From Verrucomicrobiia bacterium (GTDB lineage Bacteria > Verrucomicrobiota > Verrucomicrobiia > Limisphaerales > UBA1319), in assembly GCA_963664225.1 (NCBI GenBank), contig OY760937.1, positions 3,808,001 through 3,872,000 on the forward strand: 64,000 nt of DNA. Reading direction: 5' to 3'. Below the pieces are notes generated by a model. That model was not told the DNA's origin. It did no database searches and was given only the letters and a program-made list of their open reading frames with translations. A program made the position numbers and the translations under genes. The first letter of the stretch is position 1, and each line of letters opens with the position of its first letter. Positions 1-10,086 of this stretch are shown one piece after another.

Positions 1-3000
1 ATTGTCGCTTTGTGTGGCGGGTACGACGCATGCGAACTTGGGGGTGTCGCCGGAGTCGTCGGCGATGGTGGCGTGACGGGTACAACGGCATTCGGAGCCG
101 GGAGTGTTTCTGCTTGCGTTGGAGGTGGCTCCGTTGGATCTTCCTCAATGCCCAGTAGGGTTAGGATGCGTTCCCGGCCAATGATGAAGATTTGGTTGCC
201 CTTGTAGTCTTCAGGCTGCTTGCTGACACCCGCAGTGTGAAAGATGTAACCGGCGTTCTCAAACTCAACGTCAAAGTTGCCCTCCTCAACTTGGCGGATG
301 GCCTGAGATATGGCGCTGGCTCCTTTGGGGGATGGCTCCATGAGGCCATGGCGTCGGCTACGCTCGAAGTAGAAACGGAGGAGGTTGGCGAGTTCTTTGT
401 TCTGCAGCTCGCGGTCGAGCCGGTCGCCGACGGGTTTGGGGACGAAGCGAGCCTCGAAGACCTTGCGAGTGTCCGCATTCTTCTGGGCGATCGCGTCCCT
501 TAGCAACTGATCCTCGCTGGGGGCATCGCTACCGGTGCGGTATTTGACTTCGATCAGGCGCAGAACGAGCTTGCCGTTCTTGACGAAGGCGTAGATGAGG
601 TCGCTACGCTTGATGCGGATGTCAGCTTCGTCCGACTCGCGTTTGTGATCGGCGAATAGATCAATGTGGGAATCCACCGGGATAAGGATGCCGGTCTTGA
701 GGTCTCCCCCCTCTTGGAGAAGCAGCCGGGTGAGGGCGAGGCCAATGATTTCCTTGGCGTCCTTGGGATTGTTGATGAGTTTTAGCGCCAGCCGGCCGGA
801 GATGGATTTCAGGACGTCGAGAATCTGCGAGGCTTGGAAGCCGGTGCCAGGGATCCCCATTTTCTTGAGGCCATCAGAAATGATGCCTTCGATTTCCGAA
901 AGCCAGAAAGTGGAAATGATGAGGCGATGGCCGAGGCCGTCGAGGAACTCCGGGGTGTAATCAATGAGGTAGCTGCGGACGGCGCCACCGCCGGCGCGCG
1001 GGTTGTCGAAGTATTCAATCCCGAAGTTGCGGTCAATGGTGAAGACCCAGTCCGAGTGCTCGTGGATGTGGTTGATGAGGTGTTTATCGGTGTCGGAGAG
1101 CTCCAACTGGATGGCGGGCACCTTGTCGAGGGAGTTGCCCCAGTCGAAGAAGGAGGCTGAGAGTCGAGTGAGACCGTCAATGGACTGGAAGAGGGCTCGG
1201 GCGCAGGATGCGCCAGGTTGCAGTTCCGGGTTCTGGTTCGGGATTACTTTTCGGGACCATGTGGCGGAGTCGCCTTTGACATCGAAATCGGCGCGGTACT
1301 CTGCGAGCAGGTTATGGAGGCAGAAGCTGCCCGGGGGCGGCTGGCTTTGGCGAGTGAGAACCTTCGTGGAGAATCGGTCTATAAGGATGGTGATGTGCGC
1401 CTCGCGAAACTCGGTGCTGTGCCAGTCGCCTTCGGTTAGTTTGCGTTTAGAAAAGGTCAGTTTCGGGAACAGGGGGTTCTTATTCGGTTTGAGGAGTTCT
1501 TCGTCCACGTCCGGTTGTGCGCCTTCGGACAGAGTTGTTCCCTCTGTAACTTCGTCGAAGGCGCTGCCCATGATCTCGTAGCGTTGGTCGGCGTAGAAGG
1601 CGACATCGTAATTAAGGTCTTTGAAGTCGTCGCCCCTTTGGATCAGGCGAATGGCGTTGAGGACGAGAAGGCCGTCGCCGGGGTTGATGACGTTGATGCG
1701 CAGCGTTGAAACGTACGGATGATGCTTGAGATAGCGCCAGACGCGATCAGCGATGTGGGGCGCGGTGATGACGGTAATGTCGCCGGCGTTGAGCCTGAAG
1801 CCGAGGAGGCGCTGCAACATGCTAACGGCTTTACGGACATCGGGCGTCTTGCCGTTGGGCAGAATGCTCCAGTAAAGGTCGAGGTTGTCAGAGTTGACGT
1901 AGATGTCGTCGTTCTGGAACGCGAGGACGGAGGGAATGTTCAGGGAGTTGATGCGTTGGTGCGCCTCGCGGCTGACCATGGCGACGGCGTCCTTTTCGGA
2001 TACTCCATTGAGCCGATCGGCCCAGGAGTAGAGCAGTTGCTGGTATTGGAGCAGCCAGAGCAGCTTGATGGGGTGGGTCGGAGCGAGGAGGAGGAGCTGG
2101 TCCACGCCTTCGGAGTCGCCGACCTTCAGGTGGATGGTATCAAGGCGACTAAGTTTGTGGGAAGCACTGAGAATATTGTTGACCTGACCGTCGCCTTTGG
2201 CGACTTTGAGCTTGGTCTGGACCTCGGCTAAGACCTCAATAAACGCGTTGGCATAGGCCATGATTTCGGGAGTGAAGTCGCGGAGATCGAAAATCTCGAC
2301 AACGCCATTTCCGGGGTCTTTCTCTTCTAATCTCTCGAAGAGAGCGACGCGGGTTTGGAGGAACTGGGAGAAGGTGGCGAGATCGGAGACGGCGAGCGGG
2401 AAAGGCTTGAGATCATTAAGTTCCATCGCGCCGCGATTGGTGAGATCGCCCTGCCAAGCACCCAGGTTTTTCGGGTCGGAAATGGTCCATCGTTCGATAG
2501 CATGGAGGAGTGGGTTGATGATGAGGTGGTAGCGGTCCCGGCTCTTGAGTTTGAGACGGTAGAGGAATGGTCGGTGCCCTTCCTCCCAGCCTTCGCTGTC
2601 CACTTCTATCTTAGTGCGGGAGCGGCAGGCGCCGAGGAAAAATGCCTCGGCGCGGTTGCGGATGATGTCCATCTTTTTGGAGCCGCTCGGTTTCTCCTCT
2701 TCGCCGCCTTCGATCCAGAAGGGCTCGCTCCCGTCAGCATCGAGCATGATACCGGAGCGGTCGCGGGCCTGGACGATGATTTTCGCGGCGCAAGCTTCGC
2801 CGTCGGCCAGCTCGATGTCTTTAAGACTGATTTTGGAGCGGGTTTCGGTCTTCTTGTTGTTCTTGATGGTCTTCTTGAGCAGCTCGGCGCCCAATTCCTC
2901 GTCGTCGGTATCCCGCACGATTAGGACGACGAAGTGGCCGAGGGCCGGAGAGTTAGTCGGGTAGGTTCTCCACTTAATCTTGATGGGGGCCTTGGTGTTG

Positions 3001-3944
3001 GCGATGAGGTTGCCGCCACGGTCTTCGAAGCCTTCGGCGACTCTGTTGGTTTTTGGGTCTCGCAGGGGGTCAAAGTGGACCTCGACCTTTCCTTCGCTGG
3101 GGGTATCAACAAACTTCCACTTGTCAAAGTTCAGATCGGAGCATACGACCTGGTCGGCGAGAATGCCATGGAGCCATGCCTGGCTGTCCGCGATATTGCG
3201 TGAGCGGAGGTAGGCGACGAGATTCTCGCGGAGATTGTTGGCCTGGGGATCCAATTGAATGGTTTGGGCCAATTCTACCAAAGCTGACAGGGTGCTCTGG
3301 CTTTCATTGGTCAGCTCTCCAACGCACCTGGAGTTGCGGTCGAGGCGGGTCTGGAAGTTGTCCTGCTTTAGGTCGAGATCGGGAATGAGACCGAGATGGA
3401 ACAGGTAGGCGCCGGCTTCGTACCAATTGGCGGCATCGTTCTTGAGTGCGAGGAGGTACTTGATTTGTTGGTCCACCGGCAGGCGGCGGATTGCGGGTTG
3501 GCTGAGGACGGTGGTGGCTACCTCCTGGCCGGGGGCCGGAAGTGCGTTGAGCATTGCGCGGACGTGAGCACGAAGAACGTTGCCAAGGTCGTAGGTTTTG
3601 AAAGTTTGGATGTCGTAGGAGTCTTCCGCGGGGAGGCGTAGGCCCTGGGGAATAAACGCGACCAGGACGCCAAAGTGCTCGCGATTACGCTTTTCGATTA
3701 GGGCACCGCTCTCAATTTCGAGTTCATTGGTGGTCTGGGTGGCGAGAACGTAACCTTCGACCTGGCGCTTTTGGAGGTTGGAATCTTTGGAGATGCGCTC
3801 GCAAACGATTGACATGACTTCGACGGGCAGGAATTCTACTCGCTGGCAATGGTTGTTTTGCTTTTCGAGGAGGAAGTCGCGCAGGTGTACAAAGACGGCT
3901 TCTGCCATTTCCTGGTGTAACAATTCGCGGGTGACTTCGAACAT
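1..3944 (-). CDS. Mad8/DptH-like large nuclease (probably nuclease-ATPase); 3' end lies outside the window
   Basis: Not in the ORF track because there is no stop in the window. ATG at 3944, 4 nt after the upstream stop, reads MFEVTRELLHQEMAEAVFVHLRDFLLEKQNNHCQRVEFLP. The same frame gives RSDLIYAFVKNGKLVLRLIEVKYR (PD-(D/E)xK-like) at ~540-610 and a Pro/Thr-rich linker at the window edge. At least 1314 codons. Confidence 0.8.
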   Translation of the reverse strand, partial: MFEVTRELLHQEMAEAVFVHLRDFLLEKQNNHCQRVEFLPVEVMSIVCERISKDSNLQKRQVEGYVLATQTTNELEIESGALIEKRNREHFGVLVAFIPQGLRLPAEDSYDIQTFKTYDLGNVLRAHVRAMLNALPAPGQEVATTVLSQPAIRRLPVDQQIKYLLALKNDAANWYEAGAYLFHLGLIPDLDLKQDNFQTRLDRNSRCVGELTNESQSTLSALVELAQTIQLDPQANNLRENLVAYLRSRNIADSQAWLHGILADQVVCSDLNFDKWKFVDTPSEGKVEVHFDPLRDPKTNRVAEGFEDRGGNLIANTKAPIKIKWRTYPTNSPALGHFVVLIVRDTDDEELGAELLKKTIKNNKKTETRSKISLKDIELADGEACAAKIIVQARDRSGIMLDADGSEPFWIEGGEEEKPSGSKKMDIIRNRAEAFFLGACRSRTKIEVDSEGWEEGHRPFLYRLKLKSRDRYHLIINPLLHAIERWTISDPKNLGAWQGDLTNRGAMELNDLKPFPLAVSDLATFSQFLQTRVALFERLEEKDPGNGVVEIFDLRDFTPEIMAYANAFIEVLAEVQTKLKVAKGDGQVNNILSASHKLSRLDTIHLKVGDSEGVDQLLLLAPTHPIKLLWLLQYQQLLYSWADRLNGVSEKDAVAMVSREAHQRINSLNIPSVLAFQNDDIYVNSDNLDLYWSILPNGKTPDVRKAVSMLQRLLGFRLNAGDITVITAPHIADRVWRYLKHHPYVSTLRINVINPGDGLLVLNAIRLIQRGDDFKDLNYDVAFYADQRYEIMGSAFDEVTEGTTLSEGAQPDVDEELLKPNKNPLFPKLTFSKRKLTEGDWHSTEFREAHITILIDRFSTKVLTRQSQPPPGSFCLHNLLAEYRADFDVKGDSATWSRKVIPNQNPELQPGASCARALFQSIDGLTRLSASFFDWGNSLDKVPAIQLELSDTDKHLINHIHEHSDWVFTIDRNFGIEYFDNPRAGGGAVRSYLIDYTPEFLDGLGHRLIISTFWLSEIEGIISDGLKKMGIPGTGFQASQILDVLKSISGRLALKLINNPKDAKEIIGLALTRLLLQEGGDLKTGILIPVDSHIDLFADHKRESDEADIRIKRSDLIYAFVKNGKLVLRLIEVKYRTGSDAPSEDQLLRDAIAQKNADTRKVFEARFVPKPVGDRLDRELQNKELANLLRFYFERSRRHGLMEPSPKGASAISQAIRQVEEGNFDVEFENAGYIFHTAGVSKQPEDYKGNQIFIIGRERILTLLGIEEDPTEPPPTQAETLPAPNAVVPVTPPSPTTPATPPSSHASYPPHKAT

Positions 3945-3948
3945 ATAT

Positions 3949-6660
3949 TTATCCGAGTGCTTTCTCCACAGCCGTCAAAACAAGACCTTCCCCAAGCTCT
4001 TCGTGTTGCCTGATCAGCGCTTGGCAAGCCACGAGTTTGTCTAGGGCGTGGTTTAGCTCTTCTAGCAGCTTTTCGCCTGGTCTTGCTACCTTCATCGTTT
4101 TGACCTCTTCTGGATGTAGGTGCTCGACGACGGAGCCATAAGTCTTCATGTTGAAGAAATCGTCTCCGAATTTAGAACGTAGAAAAAAGTAAATGTATCC
4201 CCGATATTTTGGGTCTCGCGGTGCAACGCGGAGCATGTCACCTCGCACCACAGTTCCATGCATGTCTTTCGTAACGAGTGTCACGTGGCCGACCGTTCCA
4301 GAGCCGCTGAGGAGTATCCACCCTGAAGAGACCTGCAGTTTGGCGAGTCGTGGGTCAGCCACGAGTGAAACGTAACGCCTTCGAGGGTTACGCTTCTGCA
4401 TATCGGAAGGGGTCAAAAACGGCTTGGTGACCGCATCCTTAGGATCGTCTGAGAGGACAAATAAGGGACTCTGGAGGTACACCGTAAAAACGTCTGCAAT
4501 CTCTTTTAGTTCTATTGTGTTTTTTGTGGCGCGTTCGAGTCGAATATAATGCTCATTGCTGACATATGATTCGGCATTGAGTCGAAAGCCAGCGACTCTT
4601 ACAAGGCTTGGGGTGACTGTCATTGCGCTGCAACGGTAAGGGATGTCCGTTATTGGGCTTTGACAATGCAGCGGGATAGGCGCCGGCTGCCGGCCGTTTT
4701 CCGACCATCCTCTGAACAGAGAGGCGCACGCCCAAAGATCGTCGTCCAGGACTTTTCCTGTACTCTCGACTGTGGGTGAGCAATTGAGTAGGGTCTGTTG
4801 GGCAGCAGGGATGTATGCGTCGCGTTTGTTGATTTCGACGCCCCTATCGTCACGAATGTAAACTAGAGCTCCTCGCCTGTTTTTTCCGATGCTCCGGGAA
4901 GAACACATGAAAATGTTGTAGTCGCTCGGCTTGCCAAAACTCCGAGCGAGTTTCTCTTGTTCTGAAAGGCGCCGCAGAATGAGAACGCTTGTTTGGGTTC
5001 CGGTTCGAGGAAGGAAGGTCTCGACTGGAAGTTGTATGCTCGCGATTATTTCGCATTGGGATAAAATCCACGCGCGGAGGTATTCGTTTTCGGGTGTTCC
5101 GAGAAGGCCATTCGGGACAACCATTCCTAGTCGCCCGGTGCCCGGCTTGAGGAACTGAATGCAGCGCTCGATGAAGAGAACTTCTGGGGGCATGGCGGTT
5201 TTGAGTTTTCCGGTCATTGTCCAGCGCTTGTCCGACGACTCCCAAGAATGCGCCACGTCGTATTGTTCGAGAACCTCTTCACCTTCGACCTTGATCGAGG
5301 TTCCGAAGGGCGGATTGGCCATAACAAAATCCATGGTCCCAAGTTCAAGGATGTCCTGCGCTTCCTTGGAAGCCCAGTGGGTTGGTTTCCAGAGGGCGTT
5401 GAGGGCGAAGAGGCCTCCGCGACCGTCATTGTTCATGACCATGTTCATCTGGGCGGTTTTGACGAGGTTGGCATTGAAGTCCGCACCAAAGATGAACTTG
5501 CTGGTTTCATGGATTTCCGCGAACAACGCGCGTTCTTCCTGCAGGGTTGGTTTTTCTTTGGCCTTCCAGGTTCTGCTTGCGGTTTGGCGGAGTTTTTCCG
5601 AGACGTAGTTGAAGGCCACAACTAGGAACCCGCCAGTGCCGCAGGCTGGATCGAAAATGCGTTTGCCTGGCCCTGGGTCGAGCATCTTTACGACCATTTT
5701 CACCACGTTCCTGGGCGTGAAAAACTCACCTTTGGCGCCTTCGAGTGTGGGGCCGACGATGGTTTCATAGGCGACGCCCTTGACGTCCACGGAGGAGTGA
5801 ATGAAGTCATATTTTTCGAGTTGGGCAACGATGAATGTAACAACCGCGTCGTTGAACAGGATGCCCTGGGTGGTGTCGGTGAAGAGTGGGCGGAACTCCT
5901 TGCGGGCGCAAACCTCGCGGAAGAGCTGCTCGACGCGGTCCTTGACTTCCTTCTGGCCGGGTGAGGCATTACGCTCGTCCGAATTGCGGATCGCAAAGCG
6001 CGGCCGGCCATCGTGCTGCTCATCTTCGATCTTGGCGAAAAGGATTTTGAGGAATTCCCAGAAGATCTGTTCTTTGGAACCGCCCTGGTTGGCGTGAATG
6101 AAATCGTGGCACCGTTTGAAGGCGTTCAGTAGGTTGGTGCCGGTGGCAACGCGAAGCCGGGAGCGGTCGGTTGTGAAAATGGAGGAGGCGTCCTCGCCCT
6201 TGCGGGGGAAGTCGTTGACAGGAAGGATGTCGGTGTCGAACTTAGCTTTCTTCTTCTGAAAGTAAATGGTCTCGACGCCATTGGTCCAGCAGGCGAATTC
6301 GGCGCTGGTGCAAGCAACGAGAGCCTTTTCGAGTTCGCCAGCGCCGCCCTTGTCATCGGTGGGCTGAACACCCGGCTTGGCGATATATATGAGGATGTGG
6401 AGGGAGTCCTGGTCCTGAGCTTTGGCACCGGCGCGGAAGACGGCGAGTGGCAGCGTGCGAGAGACGGAGCGGGAGCCGTCCGGAATTCTGATACGAAAGT
6501 CCGCTGCCACATCGGATTTATCGAAGCGGTATTCTTCGATGAGCGTCCGCTCGAAATTCTGGCGGACTTGCTCCAATTCGTTGTCGAGTCGGGGCTTGCC
6601 ATCAATGAAGTCAATGATCTTGCCTTCCGAGGCCTCGGGTTGGTTGTGATCGTCGGGCAT
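3949..6660 (-). CDS. N6-adenine DNA methyltransferase (Mad2-like) with degenerate HsdR_N-like N-terminus, fused to one C-terminal HsdS/Mad5-like target recognition domain
   Basis: 903 aa. GEFFTPR, motif I DPACGTGGFL, motif IV NPPF. The last ~220 aa (RLNAESY...GWILLSGSGTVG...YGSVVEHLHPEEV) resemble one HsdS half. Confidence 0.85.
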   Translation of the reverse strand: MPDDHNQPEASEGKIIDFIDGKPRLDNELEQVRQNFERTLIEEYRFDKSDVAADFRIRIPDGSRSVSRTLPLAVFRAGAKAQDQDSLHILIYIAKPGVQPTDDKGGAGELEKALVACTSAEFACWTNGVETIYFQKKKAKFDTDILPVNDFPRKGEDASSIFTTDRSRLRVATGTNLLNAFKRCHDFIHANQGGSKEQIFWEFLKILFAKIEDEQHDGRPRFAIRNSDERNASPGQKEVKDRVEQLFREVCARKEFRPLFTDTTQGILFNDAVVTFIVAQLEKYDFIHSSVDVKGVAYETIVGPTLEGAKGEFFTPRNVVKMVVKMLDPGPGKRIFDPACGTGGFLVVAFNYVSEKLRQTASRTWKAKEKPTLQEERALFAEIHETSKFIFGADFNANLVKTAQMNMVMNNDGRGGLFALNALWKPTHWASKEAQDILELGTMDFVMANPPFGTSIKVEGEEVLEQYDVAHSWESSDKRWTMTGKLKTAMPPEVLFIERCIQFLKPGTGRLGMVVPNGLLGTPENEYLRAWILSQCEIIASIQLPVETFLPRTGTQTSVLILRRLSEQEKLARSFGKPSDYNIFMCSSRSIGKNRRGALVYIRDDRGVEINKRDAYIPAAQQTLLNCSPTVESTGKVLDDDLWACASLFRGWSENGRQPAPIPLHCQSPITDIPYRCSAMTVTPSLVRVAGFRLNAESYVSNEHYIRLERATKNTIELKEIADVFTVYLQSPLFVLSDDPKDAVTKPFLTPSDMQKRNPRRRYVSLVADPRLAKLQVSSGWILLSGSGTVGHVTLVTKDMHGTVVRGDMLRVAPRDPKYRGYIYFFLRSKFGDDFFNMKTYGSVVEHLHPEEVKTMKVARPGEKLLEELNHALDKLVACQALIRQHEELGEGLVLTAVEKALG

Positions 6661-6663
6661 AAG

Positions 6664-8292
6664 TTAAACGTTGTCAGCGGTAATGGGAAAACGGGGTTTG
6701 ATGACCTGAGAGATGGAGGCATCCGACAGATCGGTGAAAAAGCCGAGCTGACGGAGGCGATCCTTGAGAGCGCTGTAATTGTGCTCGAGGGCACGGGCGA
6801 CGTCAGGGCTGTCATTAGGCGTGCCAGTGGTGTCGATCAGGAGGCCGTAGCGGTCGCGGAGCCATTTCACGAAGCTTGCGACTGTTTTGGGTTCGGTAAT
6901 GAACTCACCTTGCTTGTTGATGCCGACAACAAAAAGTTGGACGAGAATTTCGAGTAGCTGATTGCCAAGAATGTACTTGCGGCGTTTGCCACGCCCACCG
7001 TGCAGGAAGCCGTCCTCGCGGTTTAGGCCACAGAGGGAGGCCATGAGCGCCTTGTGATTACGGGAACGGCTTTTGAAGGTCTTCTGGTAGAGGACCTCGA
7101 CGAAGGAATCAAGCGGGTCGAGCTTGAGGTCCTGGATGGCTTTGATTTCCATGTCGGGCTCGGCATCTTCGTCGACCTGGGTGACTTCACTGAGTTTAGT
7201 CAGGAAGTAACCATCGACATTCTTATCGCTTAGGCAAGCGATGGCTTCTTCGACAGAGCCCTTGTAGAGCGACCCGCGCGAAACCTGAGCAAACTCGTCC
7301 AGCTTCTTTAGGACGTAATGAGCACGGAAATAACGGAACATGAGGCCGTAGTGCTTGGCGACCTTCTGCTTGGCGAGCTCGTCGCAGGTTTTATTTTGGC
7401 CGTTAGTGAGGTCAACGAAAATATCGGGGTGGTGCTCGCACTCGCCCATGAGGTGGAGGGTGTCCGCCTTGATGCCTTTGCACTTGGAGCAACGGTACTT
7501 CTTCGAGTCAACCAGTTTGAGCACGAGGGAAAAAGTGCGGAGGCAGTACAGAGCGGAGTGGAAGGAAAACAGCGAAATCAAGTATTGGATCAGCTCGCGA
7601 CGGGGAATCACGTCCTTGTACACGAGGAGCCGGGCCGTGTCGTTGATCAGGAGCTGCTGATGAGCGGGGCAGAGGAAGTTGTGAGGGGGAACCTTTTTCC
7701 GGTTATCAGGCAGATCGGCTTTGAAATGCTCAAGCAGACGGAGGAGGAAGAGGGTTTCAACATCAAGAGCGGCGGCGGAGGGTTCGTGGATCTTCAGGTC
7801 AGTATCGCCAAATGGTTTAGTGCCTTTTTGGAGGTAGGGAAGAAGGAGGCTGTTTTCGCCGATGATCAGGTCGGTTTCACGGAAGACGTTATAGAGGAAG
7901 AGACTGAGGTCGCGGTCCTGGCTGCGAATGCGCGGGTCCAGGAGCTTAATGGTGCTCATGTGGATGGGCTTGAGGCTGGCGATGCGCTCCTTGCCGCCCC
8001 GGCCCATACCAGCGCGTATGCATGTGGAGAAGTCGCTGGCAAGCCAGTGCTCCAGCAAGCGCTCACGCTGGGGGTCACCAGAGACGCCCTGGAAGTGGGT
8101 GGTGTCGTCCTTGACAATCTCGACCAAGTTCTCGGGGTAGAGGGTATTCTTGGTGGTCGAGGTGATGGGGCGGCCCTTGGTGCGGATGAGGACTAGGAAC
8201 CGAGCGAAGGCTTGTTCGAGGATGATGTTGTTTGCATCAACCGGCATCAGGGTGGCCCAGCGGAAGGATTTATGATTTTTTGTAATAGGCAT
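6664..8292 (-). CDS. Mad7/DptG-like defence protein
   Basis: 542 aa. C-terminal LKDRLRQLGFFTDLSDA motif typical of Mad7/DptG; Cys cluster CSKC...CEHH; operon position. Confidence 0.7.
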   Translation of the reverse strand: MPITKNHKSFRWATLMPVDANNIILEQAFARFLVLIRTKGRPITSTTKNTLYPENLVEIVKDDTTHFQGVSGDPQRERLLEHWLASDFSTCIRAGMGRGGKERIASLKPIHMSTIKLLDPRIRSQDRDLSLFLYNVFRETDLIIGENSLLLPYLQKGTKPFGDTDLKIHEPSAAALDVETLFLLRLLEHFKADLPDNRKKVPPHNFLCPAHQQLLINDTARLLVYKDVIPRRELIQYLISLFSFHSALYCLRTFSLVLKLVDSKKYRCSKCKGIKADTLHLMGECEHHPDIFVDLTNGQNKTCDELAKQKVAKHYGLMFRYFRAHYVLKKLDEFAQVSRGSLYKGSVEEAIACLSDKNVDGYFLTKLSEVTQVDEDAEPDMEIKAIQDLKLDPLDSFVEVLYQKTFKSRSRNHKALMASLCGLNREDGFLHGGRGKRRKYILGNQLLEILVQLFVVGINKQGEFITEPKTVASFVKWLRDRYGLLIDTTGTPNDSPDVARALEHNYSALKDRLRQLGFFTDLSDASISQVIKPRFPITADNV

Positions 8293-8301
8293 AAGGCAAC
8301 C

Positions 8302-10077
8302 TCACAGTTTAGTCATCGCGAGTTTGAGGTCCGGCGTGCGTTTGATCTTGAAGAGGCTGGTGTCATCATCGGTGAGGATGATGCTGTCGGATGGTCGGCA
8401 AGTGAGTCGGCGTTTGAACATGTCGAGATTTAGAAAGAACGTTTGAATCTCGCTAGCGGTGGGGACATAGCCGTCGTGGATGCGGCAGAGTACTTCAAAC
8501 AAGTCGAGGGGAATCTCCAGCGTGGCGGATTTGTCGTGTGGGCGATAGTAGATGCAACTAGGGAGATACTCAAGGAAATCCACCTGGTTGCCAATGTCCT
8601 CCAACGTAACGAGGAAATCGGACGCGTCGAATGCGTAGAAGGCTTTTGTGGCGGCGCGCAGGGAATTGCCAGACCGGAGGCAGAGGCTTTCGCGGCCGAC
8701 GGTCTCGTTGTAGATTCGCTCGGATTTGCTGATGGCGAGGGTGATCTGGTTGCGGAGCATGGCGTCGGGGTCGTTGCCGGTGGCGATGAACTGCATGAAA
8801 CGGTCGAACCGGCGGTAGGGCAAGAGATCTTTCCAGATGGGGAGACCGCGCATCTTGAGTTTGGATTCGTCGCCTTCGAAGTAGAGTTTGCGGCGAGTGG
8901 CGGCATGGTAAAGCCTTGCGTTGATCTGGCGGCCCGAATCGGTGTCAAGAGTGCCTTCGGGGCGGTTACGGAAGAGCGTTTCGAGATGTGGCTGGTCAGC
9001 CGGGGAAGCCACCTCGGAGGTAAGAAAAAGGCTGCGGTTAGCGGGGTCGTCCGGGGCAGAGAAATTGATGAGATTGTCGAGCTTGGGGTTGCTGACGTAG
9101 GCGACGTCCATTTGGGAAAGGATCTGAGTAAGGCGATCGTCCTCCTGAGTATTGAAAATGGCGTTGTAGTAGAAACGGTCGAGGATGGGCTTGCCGTCCT
9201 GGATTTCGGCCTGGAGCTGAGGACAGGTGGACTTGTTAAACAAGACAAAGGAAAGAATGGAGCGCAAGTCGCGCATCGTGATATGGCGTGTTTTGCGGAA
9301 ATGCACTGCGAGTATGAGCCGCTTTAAGCGTTGACGAATAACGGGGCCGACTTTCGGGCCGCGGAGGCTGTCCACGTTGTACTTGATGTAGCAGCGATCG
9401 GCGAAGATGCAGTTTTCTGGGATGCAGTGGTTCCAGAAGCCAGTCTGGTTGTCGACGTCGAGCAGGCAGTCGAGGAGTTTGTCGAAAATGCAGGGGGCGT
9501 CATCCACGCCGACAACAGAGCGGGAGTTGAGATTGATGAAAATGAGAGATTCGTTGGGACGGAAGCCTTCCAAGATCAGGTAGTGATGGACCTGCCTGCC
9601 GAGCCAGCGATATTGGGATTTGTTGAGAATGAAATCGCGCAGCTTGCCTTCGTTGATGGCTATGATCTTGGTGAAGGGGCCCGTCGGAGGCTTGTCGCCC
9701 TCGAACTCGTTAAAAAACCGGGCGAGGACGGAGTCGTTCTTTGCGCCCTGAAAATCCTGGCTGCCATCGTAGAGGGTCTGGAAGGAAGTGCCGTCGAGCG
9801 TAAAGGAGCAGCCGTTGTCGGTCCGGATGAAGTTTTGGGCACCTCGGTCCTGAGCATAAGCTTCAAGTCTCTGAATGTAAGCGGTTTTGCCGTCGCCAGC
9901 GTTGCCGCTTAGAATGACGAGTTTAGTCTTGGGGTTGAGAATTGCCGGCGTGAGCTTGGCGTCGAGTTTAGTCTCAACATAGGTCCTGGGATCGTAGTTG
10001 CGGGTGTTCTTGGTGCTCAACTCACTCTGGCTGTAGAACTTGAGGAAGTCGTCGATGTTGGGATTGTGGTTGTTCAC
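8302..10077 (-). CDS. Mad6 C-terminal/DptF-like P-loop ATPase without a kinase domain
   Basis: 591 aa. YSQS...YVETKLD, Walker A SGNAGDGKT, IAINEGKLRDF, CxxxxCxxxxxC, HITMRDLRS. GTG start preceded by TGAGGT. Confidence 0.75.
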   Translation of the reverse strand: MNNHNPNIDDFLKFYSQSELSTKNTRNYDPRTYVETKLDAKLTPAILNPKTKLVILSGNAGDGKTAYIQRLEAYAQDRGAQNFIRTDNGCSFTLDGTSFQTLYDGSQDFQGAKNDSVLARFFNEFEGDKPPTGPFTKIIAINEGKLRDFILNKSQYRWLGRQVHHYLILEGFRPNESLIFINLNSRSVVGVDDAPCIFDKLLDCLLDVDNQTGFWNHCIPENCIFADRCYIKYNVDSLRGPKVGPVIRQRLKRLILAVHFRKTRHITMRDLRSILSFVLFNKSTCPQLQAEIQDGKPILDRFYYNAIFNTQEDDRLTQILSQMDVAYVSNPKLDNLINFSAPDDPANRSLFLTSEVASPADQPHLETLFRNRPEGTLDTDSGRQINARLYHAATRRKLYFEGDESKLKMRGLPIWKDLLPYRRFDRFMQFIATGNDPDAMLRNQITLAISKSERIYNETVGRESLCLRSGNSLRAATKAFYAFDASDFLVTLEDIGNQVDFLEYLPSCIYYRPHDKSATLEIPLDLFEVLCRIHDGYVPTASEIQTFFLNLDMFKRRLTCRPSDSIILTDDDTSLFKIKRTPDLKLAMTKL

Positions 10078-10086
10078 GGGTGGACC

